Positions 16,868 through 27,773 of a DNA stretch of 33,546 bases are shown piece after piece. The notes beneath the pieces are model-generated. The model was not told where the DNA came from, did not search any database, and saw nothing but the letters and a program-made list of their open reading frames with translations. How positions within the stretch are numbered: position 1 is the first letter of the stretch; each line of letters starts with the position of its first letter. The stretch is from the NCBI GenBank assembly GCA_001563875.1, contig LKMN01000008.1, positions 1-33,546 on the forward strand. The letters are read 5' to 3'. A program made the position numbers and the translations under genes. The stretch is from Nanohaloarchaea archaeon B1-Br10_U2g1. Its GTDB lineage: Archaea > Nanohalarchaeota > Nanosalinia > Nanosalinales > Nanosalinaceae.

Positions 16868-18925
16868 GTGGATCTAGACAAACTGTTCAGACCGGACAAA
16901 GTAGCTGTTGTAGGAGCATCTAGACAAGAAGGTAAAACCGGGCATGAGATATTTGACAACCTTCTACACGGGTTTGAAGGAGAAGTTGTGCCGGTGAACC
17001 CTAAAGCGGACGAGATTCACGGCGTACAAGCAGTAAAAGAAGTGCCTGAAGACACGGATTTGGCGGTTATAGCTGTTCCTGCAAAGATAGTGCCCGAAGT
17101 TATCTACGATTGTGGAGACAAAGATGTGGAGGCCGCAATAGTTGTTTCAGCAGGTTTCTCGGAGACAGGAAACAAAGAGCTTGAAGAACATGTGGTTCGC
17201 AAGGCAGAGCAGAACGGTATAACTCTATTAGGACCGAACGTATTAGGAATCATAAACACGGAGAACGGTATGAATGCCTCTTTCGCCTCCAAGATGCCGG
17301 AAAAGGGAGACATGGCATTTATGAGCCAGTCAGGAGCTTTCTGTACCGCGATACTTGACTACGCAAAAGCCGAGCATATAGGCTTCAAACATTTTGTATC
17401 TCTCGGAAACAAGGCTATGATCGATGAAGTAGACCTACTTGAATACTGGAAGGAAAAAGACATAGGGGCTGTACTCTCTTACACTGAAGGAATTAAGAAC
17501 GGCCGAGACTTCATTGAAGCTGCCATGGAGACCTCGGAAGAAACACCGATAGTAATGGTGAAATCTGGTAGGACTCAGCAAGGAGGCCAAGCTGCGTCCA
17601 GTCATACAGGGAGTATGGCCGGAAGCTACGAAGCGTATAAAGCCGCTTTCCGGAAAACGGGCATAATAGAAGCAGAATCCAACCGAGAGCTACTTGAGTT
17701 TGGTAGAGCCTTTGACTATCAGCCAGTACCTGAAGGCGATAATGTTGCAGTAGTTACAAACGCAGGAGGTCCTGGAGTTGTAACAACTGATGAGATAGCA
17801 GAACACGGTTTGAAGCTTGCCGAGCTAAGTATGGAGACTAAAAGAAGTCTCAGAGAGATAATGCCTGAGGAAGTGGAACCTGTGAACCCGATAGATGTTA
17901 TAGGGGATGCAGGACACCACAGATATCAGAAAGCATTAAACCATGTTTTAGAGGATGAAAAAGTCGACTCGGTTATCGTTATACTTACGCCTCAAGCCAA
18001 TACAGAGATAGAGAAAACCGCAAAAACCATAGTAAAAGCCGCTAAAAGCACCGATAAAACTGTTTTCGCATCCTTCATGGGTGAGAAAGATGTACAAAAA
18101 GGTATAGATATACTGGAAAAGGAGGAGGTGCCAGAGTTCCAAGACCCTATGGATGCGGTGAAAACACTCAAAGCTATGAAGGGTTACAGAGAATTTCTTG
18201 AACAAGAAAAGACGTTTAAAGACTTTAATTATGAAAAAGAAAGAGCTCGCTCCGCACTAGAAAACATTGAAGAATACAGTTCTAAAGAAGAGCTTTTCAA
18301 AGCTTACAACTTTAAAATGGCTCTGACAGAGCTCGCTGAAGCTCCTCTAGATGCTGAAAAAGCTGCATCAAACGTAGGATATCCTGTGGTCCTAAAGGTC
18401 GAATCACCTGATATTAAACACAAAACAGATATAGGAGGAGTAAAAACAGGTCTGAACTCAAAGAAAGAGGTCAAACAAGCCTTCCATGATATAGTCAACA
18501 ATGTCCATGTCAATGCAGGAGGATCATCTATAGAAGGGTTATTGGTCCAAGAACAGCTAGATGGGCTTGAAGTGGCGCTTGGTATGAAGAGAGATCCACA
18601 GTTCGGACCTATTATAATGGTAGGTCTTGGAGGAATCTATATAGAGGTTCTTAAAGACGTCAGCTTCGGTATAGCTCCTATAACGGAAGAAGAAGCCGAA
18701 AAAATGTTGGAGGAGCTACAGGCTCACGAGCTGTTCGAAGGTGCGAGAGGAGAAGAACACAGCCTAGAACCCGTTAAAGACGCGATTATCCGTCTGGGAG
18801 ATATGGCTCTAGAACATGAGGAGTTAGAGGAGATAGATCTGAACCCGGTGGTCCTACAGGACGGAAAACTTTACATCGCGGATATAGTGGTGGAGACCTC
18901 TGAAGATCTGGAAAAGTCCAAATAA
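16868..18925 (+). CDS. acdAB: ADP-forming acetyl-CoA synthetase, fused alpha-beta
   Basis: VAVVGAS CoA-binding region, LGPN, SQSGA, SSHTGS phospho-His, TNAGGPG and the ATP-grasp motifs HKTDIGGV and DPQFGP. Confidence 0.95.
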   Translation: MDLDKLFRPDKVAVVGASRQEGKTGHEIFDNLLHGFEGEVVPVNPKADEIHGVQAVKEVPEDTDLAVIAVPAKIVPEVIYDCGDKDVEAAIVVSAGFSETGNKELEEHVVRKAEQNGITLLGPNVLGIINTENGMNASFASKMPEKGDMAFMSQSGAFCTAILDYAKAEHIGFKHFVSLGNKAMIDEVDLLEYWKEKDIGAVLSYTEGIKNGRDFIEAAMETSEETPIVMVKSGRTQQGGQAASSHTGSMAGSYEAYKAAFRKTGIIEAESNRELLEFGRAFDYQPVPEGDNVAVVTNAGGPGVVTTDEIAEHGLKLAELSMETKRSLREIMPEEVEPVNPIDVIGDAGHHRYQKALNHVLEDEKVDSVIVILTPQANTEIEKTAKTIVKAAKSTDKTVFASFMGEKDVQKGIDILEKEEVPEFQDPMDAVKTLKAMKGYREFLEQEKTFKDFNYEKERARSALENIEEYSSKEELFKAYNFKMALTELAEAPLDAEKAASNVGYPVVLKVESPDIKHKTDIGGVKTGLNSKKEVKQAFHDIVNNVHVNAGGSSIEGLLVQEQLDGLEVALGMKRDPQFGPIIMVGLGGIYIEVLKDVSFGIAPITEEEAEKMLEELQAHELFEGARGEEHSLEPVKDAIIRLGDMALEHEELEEIDLNPVVLQDGKLYIADIVVETSEDLEKSK

Positions 18926-18982
18926 CTTGTTCACTTAAATTTTCCAAAGACATTTAGACCTTTACCGACTAATTTTTCACTC

Positions 18983-20134
18983 ATGACTCTAGAGGAAGAT
19001 GCCTTAGACCTTCACTCAAGGAATCCTGGTAAAATCAGTGTTGAAGCTTCGGTTGATATCAGTTCAAAAGATGATCTAAACCTTGTCTATACTCCAGGCG
19101 TTGCAGAGCCGTGTAAAGAGATAAGCAAAGACAAGAGTAAAGCCTATAACTACACTTCAAAAAGCAATCTTGTAGCTGTAGTAAGTGATGGCTCTGCTGT
19201 TCTAGGATTAGGAGATATAGGTGCTGAAGCATCAATGCCGGTGATGGAAGGAAAAGCAAACCTTTTGAAAAAGTTTGGAGATGTAGACGGCTTTCCTTTG
19301 GTGGTCGATACTGGAGACTCTGAAGAAATAATTGAAACTGTTGAAAGAGTGGCTCCGACCTTTGGAGCAGTAAATCTAGAGGATATTAAAGCACCTGAAT
19401 GTTTTGAAATTGAAGAGAAGTTGAAGGAGAGGCTGGGAATACCTGTATTTCACGACGATCAGCACGGAACCGCTATAGTAGTTCTTGCAGCTCTTAAAAA
19501 TAGTCTTGAGATTGTAGAGAAAGACTTGGCCGATGTGAAAGTAACTGTTCTAGGTTCAGGGGCAGCAGGCGTAGCCGTATCAAAGTTTCTAGATGATGCG
19601 GGTGTTGGAGAAGTTGTCGTAGTCGATTCTTCAGGAATAATCTCCTCTGATAGAGGGAATAGTCACAAACAAAGACTTGCTGAAAGACTGGGTATAAATG
19701 AAGAAGGCTCGATGGAGGATGCTATAGAAGGCTCTGATGTAGTTATAGGTCTCTCAACAGGGGGTATAGTCTCAAAGCAGATGGTTGAGTCTATGAATGA
19801 AGACTCAATTGTCTTCGCTCTAGCAAACCCTGAACCCGAGATACATCCTGAAGAAGCTAGAGAGGCAGGAGCAGAAATAGTTGCAACAGGTAGAAGCGAC
19901 TATTCTAACCAAGTCAACAACTCACTGGTCTTCCCAGGAGTCTTCCGAGGAGCCTTGAATGCCGGAGCTACCGAGATAAATGAAGAAATGAAGAAAGAAG
20001 CATCTGAAGCCGTAGCAGAGTCAATAAAACCGGAGAAAGATATGATAGTTCCCAACACTCTAGACAAAGAACTTGCTATGGAGATAGCTACTAGAGTGGA
20101 GAAGGCGGCAAGAGAAACCGGCGTGGTGAGATAG
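18983..20134 (+). CDS. NAD(P)-dependent malic enzyme
   Basis: YTPGVA, MPVMEGK, NLEDIKAP, FHDDQHGTA, GSGAAG, FALANP and TGRSD. Confidence 0.96.
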   Translation: MTLEEDALDLHSRNPGKISVEASVDISSKDDLNLVYTPGVAEPCKEISKDKSKAYNYTSKSNLVAVVSDGSAVLGLGDIGAEASMPVMEGKANLLKKFGDVDGFPLVVDTGDSEEIIETVERVAPTFGAVNLEDIKAPECFEIEEKLKERLGIPVFHDDQHGTAIVVLAALKNSLEIVEKDLADVKVTVLGSGAAGVAVSKFLDDAGVGEVVVVDSSGIISSDRGNSHKQRLAERLGINEEGSMEDAIEGSDVVIGLSTGGIVSKQMVESMNEDSIVFALANPEPEIHPEEAREAGAEIVATGRSDYSNQVNNSLVFPGVFRGALNAGATEINEEMKKEASEAVAESIKPEKDMIVPNTLDKELAMEIATRVEKAARETGVVR

Positions 20135-20138
20135 AAAA

Positions 20139-21029
20139 ATGGATGAGGAGACACGTCAACATTATCTAAAAGCAGGAAAAGTTGTACAAGAAGCTAGGAA
20201 AATCGCTAGAGAACAGGCAGAACCAGGTAAAAACCTGAAAGAGATAGCAGAGACTGTGGAGCAGCATGTAAGGGATGAAGGACTGAAGCCGGCCTTCCCT
20301 GTCAATACATCTATAAATGATGAAGCGGCACATTATACTCCTTCAACCGATGAAGAGAGAATTCTAGAAGAACATGATGTTTTAAAAATCGATATAGGAG
20401 CACAATCAAACGGATTCATAGCCGATACGGCCTTAACAGTTAATCCTTCGGGCAAGCATCAAGAACTGATTGAAGCAGTTGAGGACGTGCTTCAAAAGGC
20501 GCTTGAATATGTAGAGCCTGGCGTAACTATAGGTGAATTCGGTGCATACGTCCAGGAGCAAGTGCCTGAAGATTATGAACCTGTTATGAATCTTACAGGA
20601 CACTATCTGGACCAACATACTCAGCATGCAGGGGTATCAATACCTAACGTAGAGAACGGGTCTAACCATAAGTTCAAGGAAGGAGATGCAGTAGCAATCG
20701 AACCTTTCATAACTGAGGGATCAGGCAAAGTAGTTCACGGCAAACCAGGAAATATCTACATGCTTGAATCAGAGAGAAACGTTAGGGGAAGAACGGAAAG
20801 AAAACTACTTCGTAACATTAAGAAGTTCAAAGGACTGCCTTTTACAACTAGATGGATCTCAAACTATGGAGGAAGAGAGAAAATGGCTATGAGAAAACTG
20901 GTTCAAAACGGTGTAGTAAAGTCTTACGATGTCCTAAAGGATAGTCAAGAAGGTCTCGTCGCTCAGGCAGAACATACAGTACTAGTAGGTGTCGATGACG
21001 GAAACAACATAATCACCACTAAAAACTAG
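20139..21029 (+). CDS. map: Methionine aminopeptidase type II
   Basis: AFPVN, AAHYTP, KIDIG, IADTA, NLTGH, AIEPF and AQAEHT motifs, with the type II insert. Confidence 0.97.
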   Translation: MDEETRQHYLKAGKVVQEARKIAREQAEPGKNLKEIAETVEQHVRDEGLKPAFPVNTSINDEAAHYTPSTDEERILEEHDVLKIDIGAQSNGFIADTALTVNPSGKHQELIEAVEDVLQKALEYVEPGVTIGEFGAYVQEQVPEDYEPVMNLTGHYLDQHTQHAGVSIPNVENGSNHKFKEGDAVAIEPFITEGSGKVVHGKPGNIYMLESERNVRGRTERKLLRNIKKFKGLPFTTRWISNYGGREKMAMRKLVQNGVVKSYDVLKDSQEGLVAQAEHTVLVGVDDGNNIITTKN

Positions 21030-21544
21030 ACTTCACACATATTTTTCCTTCCTTTCTCCGAGATCCATAAGGCCGAGCACGTCAGGAGCAGGATACTGAG
21101 TATACCAAACTCCAAACCGCCTAGCGGTAGGAAGCTTATTCCTATCGAAAAACCAGCTAGGCTTAAGGCGCCTGTTGTGCATGCAGCGCATCCTGAAAGC
21201 ATCAGTCCCAGTACGCTGCCTGAAAATCCTCCCGAAGCACCACCAAAGGACAGATTTTTGATTAAAAGCACCACATTGACAGCTATTAGTAGGGAAGTTA
21301 CTAAGGTTACTGTGAGATTTGGCAGATGTACTGTTGACGGATATCCTATCGCTAAATTTACTATAAGAGATGATAAGACGCTGAAGTTAAGATCTGTTAA
21401 GTAGGAGAAAAGAAGAGAAAAATTGTTTGATACGGTTAGAATAATATAGGAGGCTACAGAGACTACGGACAAGACTATAAGTCCCTGAAGCGTGCCTATA
21501 CTACTTCCGATATTTGCTAAGTTTCCTTTAGTTAGCATCGGCAA
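21026..21544 (-). CDS. Integral membrane protein with a CxxC (SGCAAC) motif
   Basis: About 4-5 TM segments, GCAAC plus two further Cys near the C-terminus. Overlaps the end of the dsbA-like gene. Confidence 0.8.
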   Translation of the reverse strand: MPMLTKGNLANIGSSIGTLQGLIVLSVVSVASYIILTVSNNFSLLFSYLTDLNFSVLSSLIVNLAIGYPSTVHLPNLTVTLVTSLLIAVNVVLLIKNLSFGGASGGFSGSVLGLMLSGCAACTTGALSLAGFSIGISFLPLGGLEFGILSILLLTCSALWISEKGRKNMCEV

Positions 21545-22445
21545 GCTTATCCTCTATCACAGTCTGGAAAGCTGTGTAAGGCTGTGCTCCCTCAACTGTC
21601 TCCCCGTCAATAAATACGGTTGGTGTTGCCTGTGCGCCTAGAGACTCACCTTCCTGAGCTTGGTTTGAGACCTCCATCTGGGATCGGTCTTCATCCAGAC
21701 ACTGTTCGTACTCCTCTGTATCAAGTCCTAACTGGTCAGACCACTCAACCATAGTGCTTTCATACTCTGCAGGATTTGTCTCTGCAAGATCTCTTAGCTG
21801 CTCAAAGTTACTGAAGTGTTCGTGGTGGAATATCCAGTATGCTTCACTATCTTCCTGCTCTGCAACACATTCATGAGCCTCAGCAGAGATTTCGCCTCCT
21901 ACCACAGGGAACTGTCTAAAGTAGTACTGTACGTCTCCTGTCTCGATATAGTTCTCAGCTATATCTCCAAAGGCTGAGTTTGCATCAAGCTGTTGAGCTA
22001 CCTCTTGATTGTTGTATGCTGCACAGAACGGGCAGAAGAAGTCTTCATAGCTTACTATTGTTACGTCGGCGTCTGCATCACCAAGCCGAGGAGCACCTTC
22101 AAGACTGACGGTGTTTCCATCCCATTCTACGTCCTCAGACCCGAAACCAACCTCTACATCGTAAGGTAGTTCGGTATTTATGTCATCCAGATCGGAGTCT
22201 GGCTCAGCTGTTCCGGGCTCTTGCTCCCCTGTCTCATCTACAGAAGGCTCTGTATCTTCTGAAGGAAGATCGCCGTCCGGACTATCTTCTAATTCGGCTT
22301 CCAATGAATCTAATTCGTCATTATCTGTTATGCTCGTAGCTACTACACCTAATAATATTCCGGTAACTACTCCAAATACAAAGGATAATATAATTGCTTT
22401 TTTAACGCTTACAAATATTCCGGGACTATCAGTTTCTTCCGACAT
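21528..22445 (-). CDS. Membrane-anchored DsbA/BdbD-like thiol-disulfide oxidoreductase
   Basis: N-terminal TM anchor, acidic linker, GDADADVTIVSYEDFFCPFC and the cis-Pro loop ATPTVFIDG...GAQPY. Confidence 0.92.
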   Translation of the reverse strand: MSEETDSPGIFVSVKKAIILSFVFGVVTGILLGVVATSITDNDELDSLEAELEDSPDGDLPSEDTEPSVDETGEQEPGTAEPDSDLDDINTELPYDVEVGFGSEDVEWDGNTVSLEGAPRLGDADADVTIVSYEDFFCPFCAAYNNQEVAQQLDANSAFGDIAENYIETGDVQYYFRQFPVVGGEISAEAHECVAEQEDSEAYWIFHHEHFSNFEQLRDLAETNPAEYESTMVEWSDQLGLDTEEYEQCLDEDRSQMEVSNQAQEGESLGAQATPTVFIDGETVEGAQPYTAFQTVIEDKLADAN

Positions 22446-22529
22446 AATATAACTTAATTTGGTAATGGGTTTTGTTAATATTTAACCGTGTTGGTGGCTT
22501 AAGAGAGAAGAGTAAATAGGTAAGAGGTT

Positions 22530-24792
<2,263 letters not shown>

Positions 24793-24812
<20 letters not shown>

Positions 24813-25143
24813 AATTATCCTCCTGTTTTATCTTATCGAGTATATGTTTCTCCTTTACTAGTACGGTGAAGATGTGGTGTGATACCTTGTTCTCCCATTT
24901 CTGGAAGTATTCTTCTACTTTTCCGGTGTAGGTCTTTGCAAATATGAAAACAGAGTCGTCTATCCGGGTGTTTGGTACCTTGTCCATAAGTCCTTCTTTC
25001 TCGTACTCGTAGGTTTTACCGTTCTTCTTCACGGTCTGTCTGTATCCGAAGAGTCCGCGGTAAAACTTGTTTCTCTCGTATACGGAGTCGAAGTACTCCC
25101 TGTTCGTGTTGTATGTTAGTAGGGCTGCCTTCTCGCTCGACAT
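24793..25143 (-). CDS. Hypothetical protein, possibly Cas2/PaaX-like ferredoxin fold, coupled to cdc48
   Basis: ORF overlaps the cdc48 start by 20 nt. Pattern LLTY...[12 protein letters not shown]...GLM...RIDDSVFIF...VEEYF. Alternative start at 25152. Confidence 0.7.
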
Positions 25144-25178
25144 AGTAAACAACTTTGTAGTCAGTAAACTTTAAACAC

Positions 25179-25201
25179 TTTTTTGTTTACGTCAACAAAA
25201 A
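25179..25201. promoter_or_regulatory. Inverted repeat in the divergent cdc48-operon/radB promoter region
   Basis: TTTTTGTT-N6-AACAAAAA (25180-25201), overlapping a TTTTTTGTTTAC identical to 3130-3141. Confidence 0.45.
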
Positions 25202-25256
25202 TCTTGTTAGTTTTCATTGGAAGGGGATAAAAGAGTTCTAACACTAAGTAAACGGT

Positions 25257-25946
25257 GTGAAGGTCGAAAGAGTCTCAACCGGCAGCGAACCCGTTGACAA
25301 GCTTCTAAAAGGCGGTGTCGAAAAAGGGATAATCACAAATATATTCGGAGAGTCAGGAAGTGGAAAAACAAACCTCTGTGTACAGGTCGCCGCCGAAGTA
25401 GCTGAAAAAGGCGGGAAAGTAGTCTACATAGATACAGAGAAAGGTTTCTCGCCAGAACGTTTCACACAGATCACCACTGAAGACAAACTCGACAACATAC
25501 TTCTTATGGAGCCCTACGACTTTGAAGACCAAGATGAAAGAATCCAGGCTTTAGAAGAAGTGGTGCGGAAGGAGGAGCCCGGACTCGTGGTCGTGGACTC
25601 CCTAGTATCGCTCTACCGTCTACAAGTTAAAGGAGACCAGATTCAAGAAGTAAACCAGAAGCTTTCGGCACAGCTATCACAGCTTTCAAAGATAGCAAGA
25701 AAGTATAACATACCGGTACTTGTGACCAACCAGGTCTACACAAGCTTTGAAGAAGATCAGCTGGAGCTTGTAGGACGAGATGTGCCGCGTTACTGGTCAA
25801 AGTGCTTAGTAAAACTCTCAAACCACAGCAAAAACGTCAGAAAAGCCGAGATAGAGAAACATCGATCACTTCCACAGGGAAGAGCGGAGAAGTTTGAGAT
25901 AGCTAACGAAGGTCTCTTGAAACCTAAGAAGAAAGGACTGTTTTAA
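25257..25946 (+). CDS. radB: DNA repair and recombination protein RadB
   Basis: RecA core with no N-terminal HhH domain. GESGSGKT, YIDTE, VVDS, VTNQV and the RadB basic patch KHR. Confidence 0.95.
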   Translation: MKVERVSTGSEPVDKLLKGGVEKGIITNIFGESGSGKTNLCVQVAAEVAEKGGKVVYIDTEKGFSPERFTQITTEDKLDNILLMEPYDFEDQDERIQALEEVVRKEEPGLVVVDSLVSLYRLQVKGDQIQEVNQKLSAQLSQLSKIARKYNIPVLVTNQVYTSFEEDQLELVGRDVPRYWSKCLVKLSNHSKNVRKAEIEKHRSLPQGRAEKFEIANEGLLKPKKKGLF

Positions 25947-25984
25947 CGGATTATTTATAAAGATCCAGCATCACAGTTTGAGTT

Positions 25985-26077
25985 ATGAACGTTACAACAC
26001 CGAATCCGCAGCAGAAAGCCGAAGGTTTTATCGGAGCTGCTGTCTTATCCAAGGGTGGACGCGTTCTGCAAGGATAA
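25985..26077 (+). CDS. Putative leaderless small ORF, 30 aa (MNVTTPNPQQKAEGFIGAAVLSKGGRVLQG)
   Basis: TTTATAAA box at 25954-25961 at leaderless spacing from the ATG, with a terminator-like hairpin downstream. Confidence 0.45.
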   Translation: MNVTTPNPQQKAEGFIGAAVLSKGGRVLQG

Positions 26078-26137
26078 ACATTTCTCAACACTCCAAGATT
26101 CTAAACTTTCACTACTACTGATCCTGATTATTCTACT

Positions 26138-26177
26138 GCTGCTACTGCTGTAAAAAAGCGGTAGCGGTTTTCTTCTT
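26138..26177 (+). terminator. Hairpin plus U-tract (terminator/attenuator-like)
   Basis: 12-bp stem GCTGCTACTGCT/AGCGGTAGCGGT with G-U pairs, followed by TTTCTTCTT. Confidence 0.5.
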
Positions 26178-26211
26178 GTTCTCAGGTTTTTCTGAACGAG
26201 GTAAAATCGCT

Positions 26212-26289
26212 ATGAGACAAACAACAAACAACAACACAACTATAAACACTGCAAAACCCGTGAAAACAGTTGCAAGAGGTGAAAACTAA
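26212..26289 (+). CDS. Putative small ORF, 25 aa (MRQTTNNNTTINTAKPVKTVARGEN)
   Basis: GAGGT SD upstream. Its TAA abuts the next ATG and its end carries the next gene's GAGGTG SD. Confidence 0.4.
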   Translation: MRQTTNNNTTINTAKPVKTVARGEN

Positions 26290-26688
26290 ATGGAGGATCC
26301 AAGAGTAGAGGATGCGGTAAGATACCATCAGGCTATATACGGTGAGAAACCGCCTACAACTCTTAAGGAATCACGCAGAGAAAAATCGGAAGAGAGCCCA
26401 AGCCATCCTGTAGAATCTATTCTTGAGGATGCTGAATTAGCTGTTGCCGGATATCTTGAAGAGAAACCGGTTCGAGCTGATGGAGGAACAACTATGGAGG
26501 ATGTAGATCATGAACCGCCGTATGAAGGAGTTCAAAGAAGCCTTGAAAGAGGTTACAGCACCGAAACAAAAGACAGTCCCTGTACCGATGGAGGCTATAC
26601 AAAGGCAATGCCTATAGGCGGAGCACCGAGCTACGTAAACACAAAAAGAGGGGAAGAAGAAAGCTCTATAGGCGAAATGCCTATCTAG
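26290..26688 (+). CDS. Hypothetical acidic, probably disordered protein with repeated DGG motifs
   Basis: GAGGTG SD 8 nt before ATG, acidic composition, and RADGG, CTDGG and MPIGG motifs. Confidence 0.7.
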   Translation: MEDPRVEDAVRYHQAIYGEKPPTTLKESRREKSEESPSHPVESILEDAELAVAGYLEEKPVRADGGTTMEDVDHEPPYEGVQRSLERGYSTETKDSPCTDGGYTKAMPIGGAPSYVNTKRGEEESSIGEMPI

Positions 26689-26751
26689 CATCTTTCTTTC
26701 CTATTTAAACGAAACGCTAATTATAACAGCGTTAGGGAAGGATAAGGATAT

Positions 26752-27009
26752 ATGGAGTTAAAGGACTACAGAGCTGAAATAGACCGGTTAAACACTGAGA
26801 TAGTTGATGCGGTCTCGAGACGGATGAATGTTGTAGAAGAGATAGGGAGTTACAAGGAAAAGAACGGTCTTGAGGTCAAAGATAACGGCCGAGAGGAGAA
26901 AGTTAAACAGCAGTTCGAAAAACTTTTTGAAAAGGAAGATTTACCGAAGGATAAAGGCCGTGAACTGGCAGAACTACTTATAGCTATGGCGGTGGACAGA
27001 CAGAGATGA
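26752..27009 (+). CDS. aroQ: Chorismate mutase, AroQ class, monofunctional
   Basis: LxxYRxEIDxLN...RR...IGxYK...DxxRE...Q pattern. First gene of the Phe/Tyr operon. Confidence 0.92.
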   Translation: MELKDYRAEIDRLNTEIVDAVSRRMNVVEEIGSYKEKNGLEVKDNGREEKVKQQFEKLFEKEDLPKDKGRELAELLIAMAVDRQR

Positions 27010-27773
27010 AAGTAGCGCTTCTGGGTCCTGAAGGAACCTATACTCATGAGGCAGCGTCAAGATACTTCGACAGCTTAGAACCTGTATTCTGTGCAACTCT
27101 GAAAGAGGTCTTTGAATCAGATACGGAGACAAAGTTTGTACCGGTTGAGAACTCTCTAGGAGGAGATGTAACAGATACCATAGACCGTTTAACAGAAAAA
27201 GATGAAACCGTGACCGGGGAAGCGAAACTGTCCATAGACCATGCACTGATCTCAGACACGAAATTTGACAGTATTGAAACTGTAAGATCTCATCCACAGG
27301 CTTTAGCCCAGTGCAGTAAAATTATAGAGGAGAATGGCTGGGAAAAAACCGAGTCAAGCTCAACAGCTCAAGCAGTGAAGGAGTTAGGCGAAAACGAAGC
27401 AGCTATAGCGTCTGAAAAAGCTGCGGAGATAAATAAAGTGTCTGTACTGAAAAAATCGGTACAGGACGAAGACTACAATACAACACGTTTCTTCGTCTTA
27501 AACGGAGAGACAGAAGATACAGAGAAGACTTCCATGGTGCTTAACCCTGGAGAGGACCGGCCCGGACTTTTACACGCAATGCTTTCATGCTTCGCAGGCC
27601 ATGGAATAAACCTGTCTCATATACAGTCAAGACCTACAAGAGAGGGTTTAGGACAGTATTACTTCTATGTTGAAGCTGAAGTAGCCAACGGAAGGTTAGA
27701 GAAAGCTGTTAAATGTCTGGAAACGTATGCTGATGTAAAGGATCTCGGAAGATACGGTGTAAAAGATCTATGA
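27006..27773 (+). CDS. pheA: Prephenate dehydratase with ACT domain
   Basis: LGPEGTYT, PVENS, SHPQALAQC, NTTRF, DRPGLL and QSRP. Confidence 0.96.
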   Translation: MKVALLGPEGTYTHEAASRYFDSLEPVFCATLKEVFESDTETKFVPVENSLGGDVTDTIDRLTEKDETVTGEAKLSIDHALISDTKFDSIETVRSHPQALAQCSKIIEENGWEKTESSSTAQAVKELGENEAAIASEKAAEINKVSVLKKSVQDEDYNTTRFFVLNGETEDTEKTSMVLNPGEDRPGLLHAMLSCFAGHGINLSHIQSRPTREGLGQYYFYVEAEVANGRLEKAVKCLETYADVKDLGRYGVKDL

